Origin: Catajapyx aquilonaris
Lineage: Eukaryota
NCBI GenBank assembly: GCA_000934665.2
Contig: JYFJ02004343.1
Location: 1 to 32,845 of the forward strand
DNA length: 32,845 bases
Reading direction: 5' to 3'
Below the pieces are notes generated by a model. That model did not search any database. It was not told the DNA's origin and was given only the letters and a program-made list of their open reading frames with translations. Below, piece after piece: positions 23,561 to 32,845 of this stretch. Position 1 is the first letter of the stretch; every line of letters begins with the position of its first letter. Both the position numbers and the translations under genes were made by a program.

Positions 23561-26330
23561 GTTATTAGAATTTATTCAGAGCCAGAAAATTCCCTTTTTA
23601 AAAAAATGCTCAATTGTTAAGCTAATAGCCACATCCAATTAAAAGACGCTTTTGTAACGAGAATCATATCGCAATGAACATGTTCCACTCTCTAATGCAT
23701 GTAATATGGACATCAGTACAAGTGTTACTGTCAGCTAATGAAAGGGTCATGCATACTGCTAAGTTTCTAACGATTCACATACCCTCCACCCACCTCGTGC
23801 CAATCCATTTCTAGAAGCACTCTTCTCTTTTTGTGCGTGTGTCGAGGCATTATCGACATGTAATGAAGCAGGGCGGACAGAAAATGATAGTGGAGCTCAG
23901 TCAGGCAGGGTGTGTAGGTGGGAGGCCAATAAGTCACACTCTTGCGCTGTGTGCCATGCAAACTCAATCTAACAATGTACATCTGAGTTGGAGCTCACCA
24001 GCCGCATCTAGCCTGTGGATTTAGGGTTAATTAGCATCAAAGTCCCTCCGGAGATGCTTGAGACACGCGGGATCTAATTCGTTTTATCCGCAGGCACACA
24101 CGCATACAGAGGACAATGTCTGCTCATTATAAAATGGTGATTATAGGGGCTTGCGGTTTTAATTTCTGGTATCAAATAGCACACTCTCATTCTGGTCACC
24201 TCTAGGAGAAAAAAGGGTGACCAAGTAACAATGTTACCGCTATATTTAGATGTAACTGTTATCGGGCGGGAATGCCACCGCGAATCCCCACCGCCGAGCG
24301 CAACGAATCTCTATACGTATAGTGATAACCATCAGAGTAACATGGCTGAGAGTATATATGGGAGAACGTTGCTCATTGGCATTTGCATGGCATGTTCGGC
24401 TGGTTTATAATTCGCTAATGATAATTTGATCGTGGCGCGTTCAACTCACTCTAAACTAATATTTTCCGCGAGAGTGGAAAGGACGCAGCAGTTATTTGTT
24501 ATGATTGAGCGATTTTTTGCAATTATTATTCCTAGTTGCAATCAACATCCCTGACAGTAGATGCCACTGTGTAAACCGCAGCACTCTCTGTCATGACAGC
24601 AGTAACTTAGAGTAATTGCAGATGTGATGAAGATGGGTAATGCAAAAATAACTCGGGAAGTCATGGTGATGAGTCGCCTCATTTCTACCATAGGAGACGG
24701 CTTATTAAGGGACTCGCAAATTGCCAGGGAAGTGATTGAGGTTGTCGCATAGGGCGCGTTCTACGTAAAATAGTGTCGCATGATGTGTGAGAGATTACAC
24801 AATTGACGAAGTGGAAATTTTTTTTCTACATAATTCCGTGCATAATTTTCAACGAGTTAGAACTTTGACAAAATAATTGGATTTTCCCGTTATGAAATTT
24901 TCAAGTACTACCAGTAATGCGTAATTATATCAGCATATGACGCACTCTGCACACTTGATTTGCTACAGCCCCGGAATGCAAGGCCGAATAATATTAGTCG
25001 AAATTCCTAGCGCACTAGTTGATTGTAATCATTACGTATTATTGCGGGTGGTATTATTATGTCGCCACTTTCCACATGGAAATTAGGCTTCCCCTTTTTG
25101 GAGTATTCTGTTTCAACCCCTCTGCCCAATTAAAACCCCTGCAAGTTTCCGACGACACTGGCTAATTTCGAGTTGGTGCACGCCTACTAATTATGCGCGG
25201 TTAAATGTGAATAATACTTCACATACGAGGAGAAAAGTTGTGTTATTCGCAACACTTCGTTACATTTTGCACTATAGTACAATGTACATGAATTCTGCCT
25301 GGAGCACTCCAGTTATGGCCTCATTGTACTATAGCATATATAGACAGGGTGTAATTAGGATCAACGTTCTACATGTATGTGTGTATGTGTATAGAAGTTT
25401 TTTTTTAATGAGTAGTATTTTGGCTTTGCCTGTATTATTTGCATCGTGTGTCTCAATTGTCGACTTATTTGTCTCGATCAAGTCCGGAAGCTGCGATCAG
25501 CCCCGGCGTCCAGCTCGTATCAGGAAAATCTATAATGCGCGTTGAAATGTGATTGGGTACAGTTGTACAGGGCAGTAATTGCATCTTGAAAAGAGAGGCG
25601 CCCCGTGGGAAATCATGACCCACGTTAAATGTTTCAGGTCCGGGAAGTCAAAAACGGTTTTATATTCTACAGAGGAGAAGGGGGTGGGGGGTGGGGAAAG
25701 AAACAAAAGCAGCTTGACCCCCCCGATAGCCACCCTAAATCAATGGAATGTTGTGTTCCCTTGTTTTTATCTCGTGACGACATTGCATGTAAGATGGACC
25801 ACAATTGCCTCCTCATGCGGACAAAAAAAAGTTCAATTTCAATAATTTTTTCCCCTTTCCATTAAATCCTATCTGCAATATGCTCAGGCCAAGAAGTAGT
25901 GACCTTCCTGCTCTCTAGTTTGATCCGGCGCCATGTTCTTTTGACCCTGGCCTCCATTTTGGACACCGGCACGCGTTTGTTCACATGCACCCGCCATTTT
26001 TCCCCCCTTGCTTTCCCCTAGTCTTTTATGGGACGAATCAAGGTGCAAAGGGGGTAAAAGTGGGGGGTGTCATAAACGTATTTTTAGTTTGGGGATAATT
26101 CCCAGGGACTTTTAGGTGATAGATGGTTATCATCGTTGGCAGTATACTGGCTCGGCAGGCTGTTCATTAGTGGAGGGCTTGCTCGTAGTTAGTACTTCAC
26201 CACTTACATTTATCTTTTATTACGTGTGCAATGCATGTGATGCCTAAAGGTTTTGTCAATATTTTAATGAATGCCTCAAAGCGCTGGGCTAATTATTACG
26301 TGAATTACTTTCAACCTAGATAAGTTTACA

Positions 26331-26490
26331 ATTTCATTCATGACCTCTGACAACATTCAGCAACTGGCAGATTCGCCTTACTTTCTTATTATTTAATTAA
26401 TTAATTTTTCGAAAAATTAATTAATTAAATAATAACAAAGTAAGGCGAATCTGCCAGTTGCTGAATGTTGTCAGAGGTCATGAATGAAAT
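26331..26490. repeat. 160-bp zero-spacer palindrome
   Basis: 80-bp arms centred on tttttc|gaaaaa (26410/26411), with a single mismatch (26385 c vs 26436 c). Confidence 0.97.
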
Positions 26491-26496
26491 ATTGTG

Positions 26497-26559
26497 TTAT
26501 CGGACTATGGGCTAACACTTTGTAATATATTACAAAGGTGTTAGCCCATAGTCCGATAA
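26497..26559. repeat. 63-bp zero-spacer palindrome
   Basis: ttatcggactatgggctaacactttgtaata|tattacaaaggtgttagcccatagtccgataa, with one 1-nt bulge. Confidence 0.95.
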
Positions 26560-27133
26560 TAATATTACAATAGTGGTGGAATAATTACAAAAGGTCGGTC
26601 GTTAAGCGAGCCCCAGATTTTACTACACACAATGAACCTCTGGGAAAAGAACTGGGTTAATTTCTGGTTATATACTCGACGGGTCTATTGAAGCTATTAA
26701 TGCCCCTTTTCGCAAGTCACGCAAAATATTCGTGCCTCCCTTTTGGCCACTTTTGGGGAGTTTAACTCATGGTTAACTGTCAAGTGTCATGTGTTGCTGT
26801 GGGCCATAGGCCGGCATAGGCTGTGCCATGGGAGGGTGGTGGGGTTGTAATCGAGGAGGTGGGAGGAGGGTTGTAGAGGGGTGGATGGGGAGAGGCAAAG
26901 GGGGGGCCAGAGGGGGGCCAGAGTCGCAACTCCTACGCAGGCAGGCCCAGGCAGGCACAAGCAGATCCGCCAATGGAAGGGGTTAGGTCGGTTGGGGCGC
27001 GTCTAGTCTGAAAAGGCCAAATTTCAAAAGTGTGACAATGTGAAGAGTCCTCAACACCTTGGCTCTAACAATGCCATGAGCCCTCATGGGCTCTGGTTTG
27101 CCAATGATGACCCGAGATGTGGGCTTCCTACAG

Positions 27134-27311
27134 GTCAAGAGGTGCAAGAAGAGACGGGGATTTCTCTCAACAATTAGTGTGCCGGGTGGTGTTACAGTGT
27201 TGTGAAAAGTGGTGCAGGGTGCACGTTGTTTTTCGCGGTAAGCCTGGTTGTCTAGGAAAAAGTTGTCATCATGTTTGCTATGACGGAGTATTATGGGGAC
27301 ATGATCACAAG
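27134..27311 (+). other. Candidate exon of a plus-strand transcript (5' UTR/lncRNA or first coding exon)
   Basis: gcttcctacag| ... CACAAG|gtgagt (consensus donor). The ATG at 27271 gives MFAMTEYYGDMIT, running into the donor in phase 2. Confidence 0.4.
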
Positions 27312-27849
27312 GTGAGTTGAGCTGCCGGCGGGAAAATTACTTTGCGGAACTCCCCGTTTCATGTTGGCGCGTGTACGTAATCAGTCGCGGAAAACTTCTT
27401 GGAAATGTGATAGTATGTATGCGGTCGTGGTACTGTCACTGCGTTTAGAATCGCTTATGAGCGTGGTGAAGAGAAATTAAAATCCAATTTGGGAAACGTC
27501 CTGGACTAGAAAGCATCGAGCCTGGCCTTTTATAACATTTTCGCAGTTAGGTAGGAATTATGAAGGGGTTTAAAAATATTATCAAAATCAGCAATGTTGT
27601 ATAACTTTTCAGATTACATGTGGTTAAAATATTCCAATGGTTTTAGGATGTGGCACGAATCACCAAGCAGCACTACAGTATGCATGAAAATTCGTAATAT
27701 TGAAATAACATACGCCATTTTAAATAATTTATGCAGCCAAAAGTTAATCAGCATTCAACAGAAAGGTGTGCCGACAAAAAATAACATACTGTATAGCTTA
27801 TAGGCGTATCCTACGCATGGATTTTGTCTGTTCCTGAAATGCGTATAGG

Positions 27850-27901
27850 AAATTAGATGCGGGTTTCCATGTAAGCAGCCATGGAAACCCGCATCTAATT
27901 T
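27850..27901. repeat. Perfect 22-bp stem hairpin with 8-nt loop
   Basis: aaattagatgcgggtttccatg-taagcagc-catggaaacccgcatctaattt. Confidence 0.95.
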
Positions 27902-28968
27902 TTTAAAAGATTCAGCAACAACAAGGGACCCACGAATAATTTTCCTTCCCTAACATTTTAAATGTCGCATCAAACTTACAGAACCTAACAATATATTTCC
28001 CCCGAAATAGACTCCTACGTCGCTAACATTTGAATTGCATTTTTACACCACACTTTGAAGCGGTACTCCGTAGAACAGTAAAGAAAGGCTAGTCGTACGA
28101 ACCAAGGTCAGTTTTTGGACAACCCCCCACAGGAACAGCTCTCCTTATTTGTTATTACGTCATTTCAAGAAAGATGAGACGCGAAAAGTTTTTAGGGTAG
28201 AGAAGCTGTAAAGTGGGATGATTTTGATTCTCGTTCGTCTGCCTGAGTCGAGGAAATATGGCCTACGAGCCTCTACAAGTGCGATCTCTACGACTTGGTC
28301 CTATATAAAAAATCGAGCCGAGGAAAAGAGATATCAGGCAGTGGGAATTGGAGCGAATGCGGAAGGAGCAGGGGCAAAGGGCTTCAAAAAAAACAAAAAA
28401 AAACGTGTATACGTCGAACCAAAAAGGCGTGAGAAAAATGCCAATCTTGCACCAAAGAGAGCGCCACGGATCCACTCGTAACGGCCATTACCCAACGTTC
28501 GTGCAACCACTCCTAATAACTAACTACAGATAAAATTTGGCCGATCTCTGCGGCAGATATGACGCGAATAGATGGGAGCTAATTAAACCTCCTTCCACAC
28601 ACCCCCTTTCCCACCCAACCCCCCCTCCCCTTCTCCAACTGGTTTTCAGATGGCGATAATCTGGGCCGTGTTAGAGCCGCTTGCCAAGCTGGATCGGGTT
28701 CAAAACGGCGAAAAGCGATGGTGATATGATTGGGTTCGGTTCTTGTGACGTTGTGTACTCTCGATGGGTGTTTCGGTTGACAGAGTGTGAAAACATGAAG
28801 GTGTTTTTGAAACGTATCAATGGGGTCCTAGCCTACATTTTGCGAACCAGTGTAAAAAAATCGTCCTTATTTTTAAATGAATTTTGGTGTTTTTTGTTTG
28901 AAGAAATAGATATTAGTTAGCTATGATCGATCTAAGATCATACTAATTATATGGTATCGTATTGCCCT

Positions 28969-29130
28969 CTGACGTCACTGTTGTCAAAATATCGGTGCAG
29001 AGGTAGGAATGCACTCGGGTTGATTTGTTCCTTTGTTTGTTGCCTAACAACGGAATCGAACGGCTGCGAGGCAACGGCCTGCTGACGTCACTGTTGTCAG
29101 CTTGGTTATGCAGGAGTGGGAATGCGCTTT
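28969..29130. repeat. Imperfect direct repeat carrying TGACGTCA
   Basis: ctgacgtcactgttgtca occurs at 28969-28986 and 29082-29099, each followed by tgcag..gt.ggaatgc. Confidence 0.8.
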
Positions 29131-29365
29131 TTAGGCCACGCCCCCGTTTTTCCCGCCAATTTGCGAATGACTTTTAAACCCCCGATAATTTATCAAGGAA
29201 TGACATTTTGGTGCCGAAAAGTGGTGAAATGCATGTTTTTATGTATGCGCTATTCGTGTACAAATTACCCAAATCTCAGGCCAAGGCTATAGGACCCCAT
29301 TCTGTGTCGGAACGATGTTTTGGTTCAAAAAGTCATCAGCTACTTAGGTCCTGTTTTAGTATCTA

Positions 29366-29640
29366 CTAGCAGGATACCCGGCGTTGCTCAGCAACTGAAC
29401 AGGGGTTGTTTATACCAAAATGCGGATTATTAGAACAGGGGGCCAATGTCCCAAAGTCCTTTCCGCCTCCTGTGGCCAAGGATGACATCGGAAGTCAATT
29501 CCAATGTGCTTAAAACCTTCCCAGTAAAAAACTACCCCTAGTGATACCCCTGGGGCATATGTGGAGGCCTCCGTATGGATCTGATGAGGTCACAAGAAGG
29601 GGACAGACAGACAGATATGCGTCGAGAAATATGTATTTGA
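29366..29640 (-). mobile_element. Non-autonomous Helitron (275 bp)
   Basis: Minus strand: A|TC-aaatacatatttctcgacgcatatctgtctgtctgtcc ... degenerate hairpin gagcaacgccgggt-atcctg-CTAG|T. It has TC/CTAG ends, an A|T target and (TCTG)n near the 5' end. Confidence 0.8.
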
Positions 29641-30329
29641 TAAAATATTTTCCGGATTGTTTGCAATATTTTCCAGCACCTATTTTAAATATACAGTTAT
29701 TTTCATCCAACGGCCTCTAATCCTAAGACCGGTGTTATCTATAGACACCATTAGTCACCAGTACTCTAGCACTTTCTGTAAAGTGAAGTAAAAGCACAGG
29801 TTGCGAGCAGATGCCAGGGACAAAGAGCATAATTGATGGTAAAGCATTCTCTTACGAAAACCCCTCTTAATCCTCAGCCTCCACGCAGAAGCATTAAATC
29901 AGAAAATTCATGCTGGTAGAATCTGCAATGATGAGATTATGGGAGGTCCTTAATTAGGCTAAGTTTGAAACTAAAATAGCACTTCTTAAAAAAGAAGATT
30001 TTTTTTTCCTATGAAAGCGTCAAATTCCTCTGAAGCTCTTCTTGAGTCACGTTCTACAGGAGATTAGACACAGATTCGACTTTTTCATTCGATCCAAAGT
30101 GAAACCGGGTGTAATGAGAGACCCAGCCATCGCTTCATTTACTCCATGCAAAAATCTGTCTTCAGCACTCTTCAATCATCATTTTAAGGACACCCCCACT
30201 GCTTTTCCGCAATTTCCATTTTTGCATACTGTTGGAGGATAGCAAAAAAGCACAACTTACTGGATGGAAATATTAAAACTTAATCCAGCCTGCTCTTAAG
30301 TTACCCCACCCAGCATGGGGGGGGGNAAG

Positions 30330-30640
30330 AGGAGTGAAAAAAAAGGAGAAGAAGATATGGCTTGAAGTTGGGCAGTTGAGAGGAGGAATTGTAGTTGCGA
30401 ATGTGGCAATTTGGGTGAGAGTAGGCCTTGGAGAGAAAAAAGAGCTAAGCCACTAAGAAAGTTTCTTCGTAGAATGAAGATTGGGAGGGAGGGGTTTGGA
30501 AGGAAAGGGGAGGGGGGGTTGGAATCTAGCGTAAGGCCAGCCTCGCACTTTACGATAGTGTTGGGGGGATACCATATTGTCTGCGCTTTATCACCGAGGC
30601 ATATTCTGAGCCTCTCTTCCCCAATTACGATTCTTCTCTC
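30330..30640 (-). mobile_element. Decayed LINE reverse-transcriptase fragment (thumb region)
   Basis: RLRICLGDKAQTIWY...IVKCEAGLTLDSN resembles 'WRL.IN..KTQ.I.F ... VKYLG.TLDS.L' of Jockey/CR1/I-group RTs. Confidence 0.4.
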
Positions 30641-30753
30641 GAGGGAGAGTAAATATAGGGAGGCCCTCACTCTTTACCCCCTACTATCCAGCTTGAATCG
30701 GAGCCAATCAGTCACTCAGCCTCCTGAGGTATCCAACCAACTTTATTAAGCTA

Positions 30754-31055
30754 CTAGCTGCGGCACCCGGCGTTGCCCGGGAAGAAATGAATGAAGGGAA
30801 AACACCTGCTTGTAGCCCCGTCAACTGTCTGTCTTTCTGTCTGTTCGCCCACCAATGCCATCTGTGGTCCTGCTACTCCAACAACCTCTCCCGCCTGTAT
30901 AACGCCAACCGTCATTTGCTTGCCATCTGTAGTCAACCCCCAGCACCTCCATCCTCTCCCGGCCTAGGGGTGGAGCACAGATGGCAGGCAAATGACGGTT
31001 GGCAGGCGGACAGACAGACAGACAGACTCACAAACGGCTTTATTTATATAGAAGA
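30754..31055 (-). mobile_element. Non-autonomous Helitron (302 bp) with internal inverted repeats
   Basis: Minus strand: TCTTCTATATAAATAAAG...(TCTG)n ... hairpin cccgggcaacgccggg-tgccgcag-CTAG|T. An internal 27-bp IR lies at 30904-30930 / 30977-31003. Confidence 0.9.
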
Positions 31056-31426
31056 CTAGCAGCTACATAGTATTGATGTTTGACGAATTCTCACAGAGCT
31101 TTACGTTAGTGGCAAGAAGTGAAGTTGTCACCTGCGAAACACTGTCTTAGTTTCATGAATTTCAGTCTGCAAGAGTGACTTGTTCTAAATCATTTGAGTT
31201 CCACTTCTGTCTGCCTATCTGCCTGTCTGTTCAGTACGCCTATTATTAAGTCTGCTTGGACACCCAAAAGACAGCCAACATGGCTCGAAAGACGGGGCTC
31301 AGGGTGGTACAAATTTGCTTGAAATTCTGGCCTCGTTTAGTCGGGTCTGATAAAACGGAAATTTGTTATTTACGAGAAAATGTGCGTTAAAGTTATACAA
31401 GATGTTCCTATTTAAATGCAGAATCA

Positions 31427-31989
31427 TCTATTTCTATACTTATAAATGTGAAAGTTTGTGCGTATGTTTGTCCGGGATATATAACCCAGTTCCATACCTC
31501 TGAGAGTGGTGATTTGGCACACCGATGTCTTATGTGCTACGGATTGAGGGAAACGTCTGAAAACTGCACTTTTTAATGTTTAAATACCCAAAATTTATGG
31601 GAGGCATGGTGGTCTGGTGGTAACGCCACTGGCCAGCCAAGCGGGAGGCCGGGGTTCAAATCCCGTCCCCGTCACCTCTGCTTGACCGGGTCTTTTTCCG
31701 CTTTTCACCCGACATACCGGGGCAGAATTGCACTCCCTACTCTGCCCAGGCCCAGGAGAAAATGCCTGGTGTTTAAAGAATATCAGAAATGACTACCGCA
31801 CAGCGCCCTCCCTTATTGGGAAACCCTCCTCTTCCCCCCGAAGAGGGCCTCGGGCCCTATCACGGGATATTGTTTTTTATTAAGTTTGGTGTTTCATCTG
31901 CGGCAATATCACGTCACTACATATGGTGCTTCTAGGTTTTACAAACTACTCTCTATCAATCCCCGTGCGAAGAACGGGTCCGCTGCTAA
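31427..31989 (+). mobile_element. Non-autonomous Helitron containing a nested SINE
   Basis: 5' end A|TCTATTTCTATACTTATAAATGTGAAAGTTTGTGCGTATGTTTGT. 3' hairpin cccgt-gcgaaga-acggg, then tccgctg-CTAA|T (fits CTRR). Confidence 0.8.
31599..31881 (+). mobile_element. Full-length tRNA-derived SINE family A
   Basis: A box tggtctggtgg (31610-31620) and B box ggttcaaatcc (31653-31663). The body is shared with 8527-8730 and the tail is T-rich. Confidence 0.9.
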
Positions 31990-32127
31990 TAAGCTATAAA
32001 TTCATTTAAATTGCAATGAATTTCCCATAGGAACAATTAGAATTGATCATGAATAATAGAGCACAGGTTGTCCACGTCTTTTTGGCCACGATAGTACAAT
32101 ATGCGAACGTGGCTGTGACATTTTCAG

Positions 32128-32322
32128 AGTAGTTACAGTGAAACGGTGGTGCCTGTTTCAAACTAGTGTCGGGAGTACTCGGGTGGACACCTTTCACCAA
32201 AAGTTTCCATCTAAATTCGCCCTGTTTGGCGTCCTCTCTGGCTTGGAGGACAGTTGTCACGGGCAAATAATCAAGTAGGACAGCTGAGCAGACATATGGT
32301 GATTTTGGACCCGGTCTCCTAG
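32128..32322 (+). other. Candidate exon of a plus-strand transcript (all three frames closed)
   Basis: gacattttcag| ... CCTAG|gtgagt, 195 bp. The stop at 32276-32278 closes the frame entering from 27271. Confidence 0.35.
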
Positions 32323-32662
32323 GTGAGTTCGAAAACTTTTCAATCTACAGTGATGCCCTGATGCTTCCTATCAGGAAGAAGCCGTGCGTGTTTTGTGAAC
32401 TTCATACCAACGTTTTTTTGTTTTTTTTTTGAAAAACTCAATATTGAAATATTTTGCTGATATTTTGCTTCTCTCCGTGTTTTGATCTTCGTTGGGAAGG
32501 TATCGTTACTGATGTGACTCAATCAGTAATCTACTGAACATAAGTGGACTCCTTTTCTGGTCATGCACTCTTAACCATTTACCTACTCTAGAGAGGGTAA
32601 GAAAGTGGCCATTTTTTACTTTACATTGTAGGGTAAATATTCTTGGGTAAATTTATTCTAAG

Positions 32663-32754
32663 GTAAATTTTGCATGTATTACCTTAGAAAATAGAGGGTA
32701 AAAAAGAGGCCCTTTTTACCCTCTATTTTCTAAGGTAATACATGCAAAATTTAC
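32663..32754. repeat. Perfect 42-bp stem hairpin with 8-nt loop (probably part of a MITE)
   Basis: gtaaattttgcatgtattaccttagaaaatagagggtaaaaa-agaggccc-tttttaccctctattttctaaggtaatacatgcaaaatttac. Related gggtaa motifs occur upstream from about 32566. Confidence 0.95.
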
Positions 32755-32845
32755 TTGCTCTGATCTGAAAATATTGGGACACCCCCAAAAAATGGAGTGG
32801 TGGGGTTATACACAGGATGTGATAAAAAGTTTCCATTAAGATTAT

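Noticed and set aside
31599..31675. Possible tRNA genes (also at about 10850, 12990 and 23540)
   Set aside because: A/B boxes are present but there is no complete cloverleaf, and each runs into a SINE-like body.

Overview
Eukaryotic, most likely invertebrate-animal genomic DNA. It is moderately AT-rich, has canonical GT-AG splice signals, and shows no operon structure, CRISPR array, rRNA or intact tRNA gene. I cannot recognise any intact protein-coding gene, and most ORFs in the supplied track look spurious. Transposon debris dominates: three short non-autonomous Helitrons (29.4-32.0 kb), four tRNA-derived SINE families (one with a V-domain, one in two copies, one copy nested in a Helitron), several MITEs (Kolobok-type TTAA, TA-flanked, Harbinger-like, hAT-like) and decayed LINE fragments. 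The most notable non-standard signals are: (i) a six-exon minus-strand gene relic (5781-2396) whose exons join in phase without frameshifts but carry eight internal TAA/TGA stops; (ii) two abutting zero-spacer palindromes (26331-26559) plus two more perfect hairpins downstream; (iii) a 400-bp element with (CCTAA)n telomere-type repeats and GGGGAC/GTCCCC hairpins between exact 20-bp direct repeats; (iv) two candidate plus-strand exons (27134-27311, 32128-32322) that would encode a 63-aa spliced small ORF. All family assignments come from pattern recognition, not database searches.
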